A DNA stretch of 64,000 nucleotides from an uncultured Candidatus Saccharibacteria bacterium. GTDB lineage: Bacteria > Patescibacteriota > CALEFQ01 > G965231055. Below the pieces are notes generated by a model. It ran no database searches, was not told the origin of the DNA, and was given only the letters and a program-made list of their open reading frames with translations. A program made the position numbers and the translations under genes. Below are positions 48,053 through 57,138 of the stretch, in pieces (the first letter of the stretch is position 1; every line of letters begins with the position of its first letter). The DNA is taken from the NCBI GenBank assembly GCA_965231055.1, contig OZ246411.1, positions 277,041-341,040 of the forward strand, read 5' to 3'.

Positions 48053-48083
48053 AAGAAAAAGGTTCTACTTTTTGAGTAGAACC
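48053..48083 (-). terminator. Intrinsic terminator of the minus-strand lipoprotein gene
   Basis: GGTTCTAC-tttttgag-TAGAACC with a T-run on the minus strand. Confidence 0.65.
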
Positions 48084-48111
48084 TGTGATCGGTCGTTTCT
48101 TTGTGAGAGCG

Positions 48112-48459
48112 TTAGAGCAAGTAATGGATTCCTTCCATCGAGACTACGACAATCCCGTTTTCACTGTCTCGGAATCTTAAGAATTCAGTTTCATTTAACT
48201 CTGCTGGGGGAGTTTCCATCTCCCATTCTTTTTCCTCCCAATTGTATCGATGGATTTGTCCGTCGACAATTTTGAATTTTTCGACGACTCTTCCGTTAAA
48301 CACGATCTTGGCAGTTTGCCCGTTGTCGGAAACGCAGTATTTGACCTCTGCCGCCCGTAATCCGAAGCATATAACCGAACTTGCGCTTTCGCGGGCGAAT
48401 TGAGCGCATCCAGTAAAACAAAAGCAAACCGCTATCAGAATTGCGACTATCCTCTGCAT
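48112..48459 (-). CDS. Small lipoprotein, higher GC
   Basis: AAAGGAGG RBS. Signal peptide ending CFCFTGC (lipobox-like). Confidence 0.45.
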   Translation of the reverse strand: MQRIVAILIAVCFCFTGCAQFARESASSVICFGLRAAEVKYCVSDNGQTAKIVFNGRVVEKFKIVDGQIHRYNWEEKEWEMETPPAELNETEFLRFRDSENGIVVVSMEGIHYLL

Positions 48460-48588
48460 AAAACCTCCTTTGAAGCGAACGTTGACGATAAACTACAACT
48501 TTTAAAGTTTTTTGTCAAGTTACGTGTTTTTCATAAGATTAGTAGATTTTACTTGTATTATGATATCTCAAACTGTTAAACTGAGCTT

Positions 48589-49221
48589 ATGACTCACCCA
48601 ACAATAAAAGAAGAGATAGAATTGATGAAGCACGGCCACTTGCTTGTTTCGGGTTCTGATGAAGCTGGTAGAGGGGCATGGGCTGGGCCCGTGGTTGCGG
48701 CATCTGTAGTTTTGAATTTTGAAAAAGGGGAAGATTTGTTAAAAACATTGGATGGAGTAAATGACTCCAAACTTTTGACTCCCAAAAAACGCGATTATTT
48801 TTTTGAAATAGTGCGAGAGAATTGTATAAGCATAGGAGTTGGAATTGTGAGTAGTGATTTTATTGATACAGAGGGAATAGCTCAGGCTACCAAAAATGCT
48901 TTTTTTGAAAGCTTCCAAAAACTAGAATGCAAAACTAGTTTCGCGCTTCTTGATGCTGTAGGTTTCAAAGATTTTCCAGTTTCTCACAAAGCTATTGTCA
49001 AAGGTGATTCCAAAGTTCTATCCATTGCGTCAGCATCCATTATTGCCAAAGTCACTAGAGATAGAATTATGAATGAATTACATTTGAAATATCCCGAATA
49101 TGATTTTGCATCTCATAAAGGATATGGCACAAAAAAACACCTAGCCTCCATAGAGAAATTCGGGGTTTGCGATATCCATCGAAAAAGTTACGCCCCGATT
49201 CGTAAAGTTTTACTGAAGTAG
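48589..49221 (+). CDS. rnhB: Ribonuclease HII
   Basis: GSDEAGRGAWAGPVVAASVVL...D.VNDSKLLT, the RNase HII catalytic DEDD region. Confidence 0.85.
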   Translation: MTHPTIKEEIELMKHGHLLVSGSDEAGRGAWAGPVVAASVVLNFEKGEDLLKTLDGVNDSKLLTPKKRDYFFEIVRENCISIGVGIVSSDFIDTEGIAQATKNAFFESFQKLECKTSFALLDAVGFKDFPVSHKAIVKGDSKVLSIASASIIAKVTRDRIMNELHLKYPEYDFASHKGYGTKKHLASIEKFGVCDIHRKSYAPIRKVLLK

Positions 49222-49269
49222 CTCGAAGTGGTATAATAGAGATATAAATTCCTCTCTTATTACAAAAAA

Positions 49270-49866
49270 ATGAAAAAAACAAATCGCAAAACTTCGCCTT
49301 TTCTTATGCCACTTTCGCTTACTACGAGACAAGCAGGTAGTATTGTGAATCCTAGATTGGCACTAAAGCAGGCTGGATTGAGACAAGGAATGTCTTTTGT
49401 TGATATGGGATGTGGATCTGGATATTTTGTTAGTCCTGCCGCAAAAATAGTCGGAGATATGGGCAAGATTTATGCTATAGATATTTTGCGTTCCGCACTA
49501 GATCATGTGAAAAGCAAAGCTCGAATGGAAGGCAATAGAAATATAAAGGTTATTTGGGCAGATTTAGAAAAAGTCGGAAGCACCAAGATAAAACCAGGTG
49601 TCGCAGATATGATATTTGTTTCTAGCACACTTCACCAAGTTGAAAAGAAAGAAAGTATATTGGAAGAAGCGAAAAGAATTATGAGCCCAGGGGGGAAGCT
49701 TGTGATTTTTGAATGGGAGACTTCGGCAATTCCCTTTGGACCACGATCCAGACACAGAATCTCAGAAGATGATGTTATTGCGATTTGCCGAGAGCATGGT
49801 TTGAAATTGTATGACGCATTTAAACCTGGGAAATATCACTACGGTTTGGTGTTTATAAAAGAATAA
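49270..49866 (+). CDS. Class I SAM-dependent methyltransferase
   Basis: Motif I VDMGCGSGYF. Confidence 0.7.
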   Translation: MKKTNRKTSPFLMPLSLTTRQAGSIVNPRLALKQAGLRQGMSFVDMGCGSGYFVSPAAKIVGDMGKIYAIDILRSALDHVKSKARMEGNRNIKVIWADLEKVGSTKIKPGVADMIFVSSTLHQVEKKESILEEAKRIMSPGGKLVIFEWETSAIPFGPRSRHRISEDDVIAICREHGLKLYDAFKPGKYHYGLVFIKE

Positions 49867-49867
49867 A

Positions 49868-50056
49868 ATGCAGGATAGGCCACCGAGTAAATTCAAAAGT
49901 GATCCGAGGGATCCAGATATGGAGGTAAGGTATGGGCCCGGAATAGTTTTGCCTTTTGCCATACTTTCATTTTTCATTTTTCTGCTCAGAATAGTTTTTT
50001 GGATAGTGAAACCAAAATCTACTTTAGTTCAGGCGAAAGAGGGAAAAAAAAGATAG
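49868..50056 (+). CDS. Small hypothetical membrane protein (62 aa)
   Basis: One TM helix. Weak call. Confidence 0.2.
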   Translation: MQDRPPSKFKSDPRDPDMEVRYGPGIVLPFAILSFFIFLLRIVFWIVKPKSTLVQAKEGKKR

Positions 50057-50155
50057 CTAGTCATTGGTTTGTAGTTAGTAGTTATTGGCTGGTAGTAAAT
50101 CACACTACTTACTAATTACTAAAGACTACTAAATAGGAAAGGGGGGATTTTTTAA

Positions 50156-50515
50156 TTGAGGACAAATAAACAGAAAACAGGAGATTATGGCGAGAATCTC
50201 GCTATCTGGTGGCTTTTGAAACAAGGATTTAAGATTGAAGTTAGGAGATTTAGAACTGCCGCAGGAGAAATAGATGTAATAGCGCGCAAGAAAAATGCGT
50301 TGTATTTTTTGGAAATAAAAACACGAAAAAGTGATAGATTTGGGAGAATAGGGGAGCTGGTTTCTCCTCAAAAATGGGAGGCCAAAACTGAAGTTGTATA
50401 TGCCTTTATTGAAAAGAATCAGGAAAGATTTGGAGAGTGTGATTGTGTCATGGGGCTATTGGGTGTAGAAATTAAAAACAAAAAAACTGTTTTCAATCTT
50501 TTTCTTTTGGATTGA
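50156..50515 (+). CDS. yraN: YraN-family (UPF0102) endonuclease
   Basis: GENLAIWWLLKQGFKIEVRRFRTAAGEIDVIA...FLEIKTR. Classic rnhB-yraN neighbourhood. Confidence 0.8.
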   Translation: MRTNKQKTGDYGENLAIWWLLKQGFKIEVRRFRTAAGEIDVIARKKNALYFLEIKTRKSDRFGRIGELVSPQKWEAKTEVVYAFIEKNQERFGECDCVMGLLGVEIKNKKTVFNLFLLD

Positions 50516-50574
50516 CAAAAACTTTTGTTTGCCTGAGTATTCTAACTAGCACCTTAAACTATGAGGAGAATGAC

Positions 50575-50901
50575 ATGAAAGAAAAATCAGAAGTTGATCA
50601 TTTATTCGAAGTTATGGAAAAAGTATTGAGGCGTGTGGTTTATGGAGAGCAAGGTATGCTCACAAATACAGACTTTAAAGATTTTGATCGAGCTCGTGAG
50701 GCATGGAGTAAAAGACAGTGTAAAAGAAGGGGGTGTCAGCACAGAGCCGACACATGTTCCTTTGCTTCCCCCGGTATTCAATGGCTTACCTCACTTGGCT
50801 GGGTTGATCTCTGTGAATTTCTTAACCGCGAGCATTCCCCCAAAACCATTAACGCTCTTGACACTAAGTGGCTTCGTCGTCCAGGCCACTTCAATCCTTG
50901 A
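50575..50901 (+). CDS. Hypothetical protein, higher GC (~47 %), Cys-containing
   Basis: GAGGAGA RBS then ATG 50575. No motifs recognised. Confidence 0.35.
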   Translation: MKEKSEVDHLFEVMEKVLRRVVYGEQGMLTNTDFKDFDRAREAWSKRQCKRRGCQHRADTCSFASPGIQWLTSLGWVDLCEFLNREHSPKTINALDTKWLRRPGHFNP

Positions 50902-50994
50902 AAAGCTTCGTTATTTTTTAAGCTCACTTTGGTGAGCTTTTGCATTTACCTTTTTAAAATAAACCGCTATATTGGATAGGTAATTAATTTTTTT

Positions 50995-51456
50995 ATGCCA
51001 AAGAAGTCAAAACTACAATTAGTTTTCAGTGACAATTATCTCGCGCTTATTAAAAATAGCGTTGGCTCAGCTTTGTTTAAAAATTGCTATGCCGAAATTG
51101 AAAACAAGAGGCTCGATCTTACTAAAAATGGTAAATTTTCCTGTGCTTATTTTGTTTCCTTTGTTCTAAAATATTTTGATTTGATAAAAAAAGGCCATCT
51201 TACGGTTGATGGTTTGATTAGGGATATGTCTAGCAGTAATTGGATTAAAAGAAAATATCACAATCTAAAAAGTGTAAAAGAAGGTAGTGTTTTGCTCTGG
51301 GAAGAAGTTGATTCGAATAAACATGTAGGTTTTTATATTGGCAAGGGAAGGGCGATTAGTACTAATCCTAAAACAGGCAAGGTAGCGATCCATAGCTTCA
51401 ATTATGGTGGAAAAAGAAATGTGGAATATGTTTTGTGGAACCGCACTAGGTTCTAA
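50995..51456 (+). CDS. Hypothetical protein, possibly NlpC/P60/CHAP-like Cys-His fold
   Basis: Candidate nucleophile in SCAYFVSFVL and a downstream HVGFYIG. Confidence 0.3.
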   Translation: MPKKSKLQLVFSDNYLALIKNSVGSALFKNCYAEIENKRLDLTKNGKFSCAYFVSFVLKYFDLIKKGHLTVDGLIRDMSSSNWIKRKYHNLKSVKEGSVLLWEEVDSNKHVGFYIGKGRAISTNPKTGKVAIHSFNYGGKRNVEYVLWNRTRF

Positions 51457-51790
51457 CTAGAAGTATTAGTGGAGCTAGAGGGATTAGGGGTTTTAGGTGT
51501 CTGCCTCGCTTTGACGAGCAACGCGAGTCAAGGCGGGTTAGGTTTCAGAAGACCTAGGAGTATTAGAGGTTTTGGGTTATAGGAGAAACGGTGGGGTTAC
51601 TTGCCAAAAACAAGGGATGTGTTATTATAGGACTGTATTTACTGTTGCTGGAGCTTATGGGCTCTGGCTCGTTTTTTAGCTAGAAGTGTTAGAAGAATTG
51701 GAAATATTAGATGAACTAGATTATAATTATTATCTTTCCTTCTTCTAATCCCTCTAAATATTTCTAAATCTTCTAATCCCTCTAATCAAC
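51457..51790. repeat. Degenerate repeat block bounded by inverted CTAGAGGGATTAG / CTAATCCCTCTA(A) ends
   Basis: Shares TAGAAG-ATT-GG-TTTTAGGTG and TTAGATGAACTAG motifs with 31720-31860. CTTCTAATCCCTCTA occurs twice at the right end. Confidence 0.5.
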
Positions 51791-51794
51791 AACA

Positions 51795-53141
51795 ATGAAC
51801 AAAATCAATTTTGGCGAAATTATAGATCAAATCGCCGACGAAAAAAATATAGATAAAAAAATAGTGCTTGAAACTATTGAAGCAGCTCTTGCGGCTGCAT
51901 TTAGAAAAGACTATGGAACACCTGACCAAAACATCAAGGTGAATTTTGATACAGAAAATGGAAAAATCAAAGTATTTGATGTAAAGGAGGTTATCAAGGA
52001 GTATCCTGAATACATAAAAGATGAGATAAAGATCAAAGAACTGAAAGAAAAAGGAGAAGAAATACCATCAGAGCTTCTTGCGAGACAAAAAGCTGAGCAA
52101 GAGAAGAGGGATGCGCTAAGAATGGAAGGCAAAGAAGTAGAAAGAAAAAAACTTAGAGAAGTTGTGCTTTTGGAAGATGCTAAAAAAATCAAAAAGAAAG
52201 CAAAGGTCGGAGATATTATAAAAACTGAAATTACTCCAACTGGTGACTATGGAAGAATCGCAGCTCAAACCGCAAAGCAAGTTATTATTCAAAGAATAAG
52301 AGAAGCTGAAAGAAATTCAGTTTTCAAAGAGTTCAAAGGTAGGGAGGGTGAAGTGTTAAATGCTTCCGTACAAAGAACTGAAGGACGCAATGTATTTGTG
52401 GACTTGGGTCAGGCTACGGGAATTCTTTTTCCACCAGAACAGATAAGAGGTGAAAGATACAATATCGGTCAAAGACTAAAAGTTTTGGTACTAGAAGTGA
52501 GAGAAGGCAATAAAGGACCAGAGATTGTGGTATCTCGATCACATCCAGATTTTGTACGTAAACTTTTTGAGCTTGAAGTTCCAGAGATTTATGCAAAGAC
52601 TGTTCAAATCAAATCACTCGCAAGAGAAGCAGGATCTAGAACCAAAATGGCTGTGTTTACAGATAAGGATGAAATAGATCCAGTAGGATCATGCGTGGGG
52701 CAAAGAGGCACTAGAGTTCAGGCAGTTATCGCAGAACTTGGTGGTGAAAAAATAGATATCGTCGAGTGGAATGATAGCTACAAAGTTTTTATAGAAAATG
52801 CTTTGTCACCAGCAAAAGTAACAAACATAAAGCTTGATGAAAAAAATAAAGAAGCCAAGGTTGATGTAGAAGAAGATCAGTTGTCTCTCGCTATTGGTCG
52901 TGAAGGTCAAAATGTAAGACTTGCTGCGAAGCTTACCGGATGGAAGATTGACATAGTCAAAGATCAGAAAGAAACTGAAAAGAAAGACGACAAAGAGGTC
53001 AAAGAAGAAAAATCCGAAAAGGAGTCTGAGAAAAAAGAAGAAAAAAAGGAAGTTGAGAAGGAAGAGAAGAAAGACAAATCAAAAGAAAAGCCCGCAAAGG
53101 AAGAAAAAGCAAAAGCGAAAAAAGAAGAAACAAAGAAATAA
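51795..53141 (+). CDS. nusA: Transcription termination/antitermination factor NusA with K/E-rich tail
   Basis: N-terminal domain, S1 domain (GEVLNASVQRTEGRNVFVDLG), two KH domains, ~70-aa K/E tail. Confidence 0.9.
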   Translation: MNKINFGEIIDQIADEKNIDKKIVLETIEAALAAAFRKDYGTPDQNIKVNFDTENGKIKVFDVKEVIKEYPEYIKDEIKIKELKEKGEEIPSELLARQKAEQEKRDALRMEGKEVERKKLREVVLLEDAKKIKKKAKVGDIIKTEITPTGDYGRIAAQTAKQVIIQRIREAERNSVFKEFKGREGEVLNASVQRTEGRNVFVDLGQATGILFPPEQIRGERYNIGQRLKVLVLEVREGNKGPEIVVSRSHPDFVRKLFELEVPEIYAKTVQIKSLAREAGSRTKMAVFTDKDEIDPVGSCVGQRGTRVQAVIAELGGEKIDIVEWNDSYKVFIENALSPAKVTNIKLDEKNKEAKVDVEEDQLSLAIGREGQNVRLAAKLTGWKIDIVKDQKETEKKDDKEVKEEKSEKESEKKEEKKEVEKEEKKDKSKEKPAKEEKAKAKKEETKK

Positions 53142-53272
53142 ATTTTTATTATAAATAGTTTGTGAGATTTGGTTTGTGGCTATGTCCAAAATCATCGCTA
53201 CTCACTACTTGCTTGTTTTTTTCAGCTATTGGCTGGAAGCGAGCTCAATATAAGCTAATAACCAACAAAAAA

Positions 53273-55342
53273 ATGAACATTGAAATCTGGGCGATTATCG
53301 CCGGAATCATTGCACTAGGGTACGCTCTATATTTAGGAGCGAGTATTAAGAAATTCAGCAAAGGAAATGAAAAAATGCAAGAAATTGCAAAGGCAATACG
53401 ATCTGGATCGATGGCTTATCTTTCTAGACAATACAAAGTTATTGCAATCTTTGCTGTCATCATCGCTGTTGTGCTTTGGTTTGCTGTAAATTGGCAGACC
53501 TCCGTAGCGTTTGTTGCTGGTGCTATTCTCTCGGCAACTGCTGGCTATGTGGGTATGAATATTGCTACAGAAGCCAATGTTAGAACAGCAGAAGCTGCTA
53601 AAGGTGGAATCAAGAAAGCTCTCTCGGTAGCTTTCAAAGGCGGAGCGGTTTCTGGAATGACAGTTGTGGCTCTCGGATTACTTGGTGTCGCGATTTTTTA
53701 TTACTGGTTCAAAGATCCCATTTTGCTTTTGGGTTTTGGTTTCGGTGCTTCATTGATCTCTCTTTTTGCTAGAGTCGGTGGTGGAATTTTTACAAAAGCT
53801 GCTGATGTGGGAGCTGACTTGGTAGGAAAAGTAGAAAAAGGAATTCCAGAAGATGATCCAAGAAATCCAGCTGTTATTGCAGATAATGTCGGTGACAATG
53901 TCGGTGACTGCGCAGGAATGGGAGCTGATTTATTTGAAACTTATTCAGTTACTTTGATTGCAGCAATGCTTCTTGGCGTAGGATTTGGTGGAGGAATCAC
54001 TTATCCTTTGGCTCTAGGAGCTGTTGCAGTTATCGCTTCTATTATCGGAACGTTTTTTGTGAAGCTTGGGAAGACAAACAATATTATGGGTGCGCTTTAC
54101 AAAGGAACTTATGTTACAGCAGGTCTTTCTGCTATAGCTTTTTATTTTATCACTAAATATTTGGATCAAGATATCAAGCTTTTCTTTGCGACACTCGTTG
54201 GTCTAGTGATAACAATTGTGATCACTCTTATTACTGATTACTACACCTCAAAAAAATATGCTCCTGTAAAACTCATTGCCACTGCTAGCAAAACTGGTCC
54301 TGGAACCAACGTAATTTCCGGACTTGCGATAGGACTTCAGAGCACATTCTTTCCAGTGATCCTAATCGTAGTCGGAATTTTGGTTGCTTACTGGCTCGGG
54401 GGAGTTTATGGAATAGCAATTGCTGCGGTAGCCATGCTTGCTACAACTGGAATGGTTGTTGCCATAGATTCATATGGACCAATTACTGATAATGCTGGTG
54501 GTATCGCTGAGATGTCAAATCTCCCAGAAGATATCAGAAAAACTACCGATGCACTTGATGCTGTAGGAAATACAACAAAAGCAGTGACCAAGGGTTATGC
54601 CATAGGATCTGCGGCTCTTGCGGCGCTAGCATTGTTTGCAGCATACAGAGAAGAGATTGTTAAGGCTATGGATAAATTTGATTTGCCAGGTAAATTGGAT
54701 TTGGCTATCGATAGTCCATTGGTTATGGTTGGACTTTTTATAGGTGCTGTTCTTCCATTTGTATTCAGCGCATTTACAATGAGCGCTGTGGGAAAAACTG
54801 CTTTCAAAATTGTAGAAAATGTTAGAGAGCAGTTTAGAACAAAGAAAATTATGGAAGGAATAGATAAGCCAGATTACGCGCAGTGCGTGAAGATTGTTAC
54901 AGCGGCTGCTCAAAAAGAAATGATCATGCCTGCTGTTTTGGCTGTTGCTGCTCCTTTGCTTGTTGGATTTATTCTTGGTCCAGTAGCGCTCGGTGGACTT
55001 CTCGCTGGAGTTATTGTTTCTGGACTATTGCTTGCTATACAAATGACAACTGGCGGTGCCTCTTGGGACAATGCCAAAAAATATATTGAAGATGGAAATT
55101 TTGGCGGAAAAGGATCCGATGCTCACAAGGCAGCGGTTGTAGGAGATACTGTTGGTGATCCATTCAAAGACACAGCTGGACCAGCTCTTAATGCATTGAT
55201 TAAAGTAATAAACACCATAGCTTTGATTTTTGCTTTTCTGATTGCCCAGTACACTCTTATTCATTCTGACAAATTCAATGTTAAAGATGTTTCAAAAGCT
55301 TTGAACGAGCAGGGTGTCAAAATAACGCAGTTGATAAAATAG
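53273..55342 (+). CDS. hppA: Membrane-bound ion-translocating pyrophosphatase
   Basis: AADVGADLVGKVE...DNVGDNVGDCAGMGADLFE. Start placed at ATG 53273 rather than the GTG at 53162. Confidence 0.9.
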   Translation: MNIEIWAIIAGIIALGYALYLGASIKKFSKGNEKMQEIAKAIRSGSMAYLSRQYKVIAIFAVIIAVVLWFAVNWQTSVAFVAGAILSATAGYVGMNIATEANVRTAEAAKGGIKKALSVAFKGGAVSGMTVVALGLLGVAIFYYWFKDPILLLGFGFGASLISLFARVGGGIFTKAADVGADLVGKVEKGIPEDDPRNPAVIADNVGDNVGDCAGMGADLFETYSVTLIAAMLLGVGFGGGITYPLALGAVAVIASIIGTFFVKLGKTNNIMGALYKGTYVTAGLSAIAFYFITKYLDQDIKLFFATLVGLVITIVITLITDYYTSKKYAPVKLIATASKTGPGTNVISGLAIGLQSTFFPVILIVVGILVAYWLGGVYGIAIAAVAMLATTGMVVAIDSYGPITDNAGGIAEMSNLPEDIRKTTDALDAVGNTTKAVTKGYAIGSAALAALALFAAYREEIVKAMDKFDLPGKLDLAIDSPLVMVGLFIGAVLPFVFSAFTMSAVGKTAFKIVENVREQFRTKKIMEGIDKPDYAQCVKIVTAAAQKEMIMPAVLAVAAPLLVGFILGPVALGGLLAGVIVSGLLLAIQMTTGGASWDNAKKYIEDGNFGGKGSDAHKAAVVGDTVGDPFKDTAGPALNALIKVINTIALIFAFLIAQYTLIHSDKFNVKDVSKALNEQGVKITQLIK

Positions 55343-55362
55343 AAATATAGAAATTTGAATGA

Positions 55363-55391
55363 ATAGCCCCGCGAATTTGCGGGGCTATTTT
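55363..55391 (+). terminator. Intrinsic terminator after hppA
   Basis: ATAGCCCCGC-gaattt-GCGGGGCTATTTT. Confidence 0.8.
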
Positions 55392-55449
55392 ATTTGCACT
55401 TGAAAAAAAAGTCGTAAACGTGCTATGATATTATAACAATAATAAACTA

Positions 55450-57024
55450 ATGTTTAGCGAATCAGGACAACATAGGGGTGGTCAGGATGCTAGTCTTCAA
55501 AAGACTGACAAGATTTTGAATACGAGAAAAGTTGAGAAGGATTCGGAAATTATAGAGAGTCCCGACCAAAATAAGATTCCAACAGAGCCCTTAAGAGAGC
55601 CAGTGGTTTTATTGCGTGAGGGCGAGAGGTGTAAGCTAAATATATCCATATCGAATAAAAAAGGTAGCAGTGAGCTGTATGACAATGTGGTATTTGATAT
55701 AAAAAGAAAAATAGGAGCTGGTGGTCAGGGATCTGTTTTTGAAGCGGAACATCCTTCCGTTGATTTGGACTTGCCAGAGGTTCCCAGACGAATAGCTATA
55801 AAAACTGTCGAAGCTCAAAAATACGAAAATGTCAGGGGTGGCAGTGAAAATAGTTTGTTCTTAAGGAATGCCTACTTGATGAATGAATTTCACATAGCAA
55901 GAGTTCTTTCGAATGGAAGTAAAAAACCAAATAGAGTTACCGGCGAAGTTATAGAAGCCATGCCAGAGGGAATGATTCCAAAATATTATGGAGTCACCAA
56001 GCTTTTTAAAGAAAATGATAAAGGAGAGAGATCTATAGCTGGATACGCTTTTGCTATGGAGCAAATCAAGGGAGTTGATCTAAAAAAGATTTTGGAAAAA
56101 AGACAAGAAGCGCTTTTCGATTTTGCTGAAAAAGGAAAAGTAGATGTTAGCACTGCAGCAGAGAGGAGTATTTTTTTGAAGGGTTCAGTGGAAGAGGTGA
56201 TCGAGATAGTTAATATAGTCGCTGAGCTACATAAGCGTAATGTGATTTTTAATGACCTGAAGCCTCAAAACATGATAAGAAGAGCTAATGGAGGCCTTTG
56301 CTTTGTAGATTTTGGATCTGCTCAGTTTTACAATCCCAAGTATTCTCATATTGAACAAAGAAAAAATGCCATTATTGCATCAGAGAAAAAGAAAATAGAA
56401 AAACAGGTACTAAGCGACGCTGATGTTATGAGTATGTCAGAAGAAGCTAGGGCTGATTTGATAAAAAGTATTCAAGAAAGAGAAATGGAATCTATCATGC
56501 ATCAAATCAGAAAAGTATCTCCGATCAATGATCATTTTGTAGAACGAAAGAAATATATACTAGGTTCGTTGGACTACATGGCTCCTGAACATTATTTTGA
56601 TACAGCGAATGTTTCTCTTGAATCAGATATTTTTTCTTTGGGAGTAATTTTGTTTGAGTATATCTATGGAGAAGGAGTTCTTGATAAGGAGGGTGTTTCT
56701 CTTGAGGATGTTGGGCTTAGGATGGAAGAACAAGCAAGAAGAAAAATGGAAGGCAAACACATAGACCTGGAAAATGTTATGATGCAAACAAAAGTAAGCG
56801 TTGATGGTGAAAATCATAAAAAAAGACTAGCAACGCTAGAAGAAGAGTCCAAGTTAATAGCTTTGTTAAAAAAATGCATCGATCCCGATGTCAAAAAAAG
56901 ACCAACGGCAAGCCAATTGGCAGGGAAGCTTGAAGAAATAAAATCTCTTTTGAGCGAGCAGTCTCATTGGTCAATTAAAGAGCTTTCAGATACTGATGTA
57001 AATCGCGTGGTTAGGCGTAGATAG
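55450..57024 (+). CDS. Hanks-type (eukaryotic-like) Ser/Thr protein kinase
   Basis: IGAGGQGSVFEA (Gly loop), RIAIKTV (VAIK), NVIFNDLKPQNMI (HRD/catalytic loop), VDFGSAQ (DFG), LDYMAPE (APE). Confidence 0.8.
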   Translation: MFSESGQHRGGQDASLQKTDKILNTRKVEKDSEIIESPDQNKIPTEPLREPVVLLREGERCKLNISISNKKGSSELYDNVVFDIKRKIGAGGQGSVFEAEHPSVDLDLPEVPRRIAIKTVEAQKYENVRGGSENSLFLRNAYLMNEFHIARVLSNGSKKPNRVTGEVIEAMPEGMIPKYYGVTKLFKENDKGERSIAGYAFAMEQIKGVDLKKILEKRQEALFDFAEKGKVDVSTAAERSIFLKGSVEEVIEIVNIVAELHKRNVIFNDLKPQNMIRRANGGLCFVDFGSAQFYNPKYSHIEQRKNAIIASEKKKIEKQVLSDADVMSMSEEARADLIKSIQEREMESIMHQIRKVSPINDHFVERKKYILGSLDYMAPEHYFDTANVSLESDIFSLGVILFEYIYGEGVLDKEGVSLEDVGLRMEEQARRKMEGKHIDLENVMMQTKVSVDGENHKKRLATLEEESKLIALLKKCIDPDVKKRPTASQLAGKLEEIKSLLSEQSHWSIKELSDTDVNRVVRRR

Positions 57025-57062
57025 TTTATTGACTTATCTTTACTAAAAAGCTATATTTGTTT

Positions 57063-57092
57063 TGCTCTCCTTGAGTAGGGAGAGTTTATTTT
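57063..57092 (+). terminator. Intrinsic terminator after the kinase
   Basis: CTCTCC-ttgagtag-GGAGAG then TTTATTTT. Confidence 0.6.
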
Positions 57093-57138
57093 AACCATAA
57101 AAATAGTACAATATTTCTATAATCTAATAAATATTATT

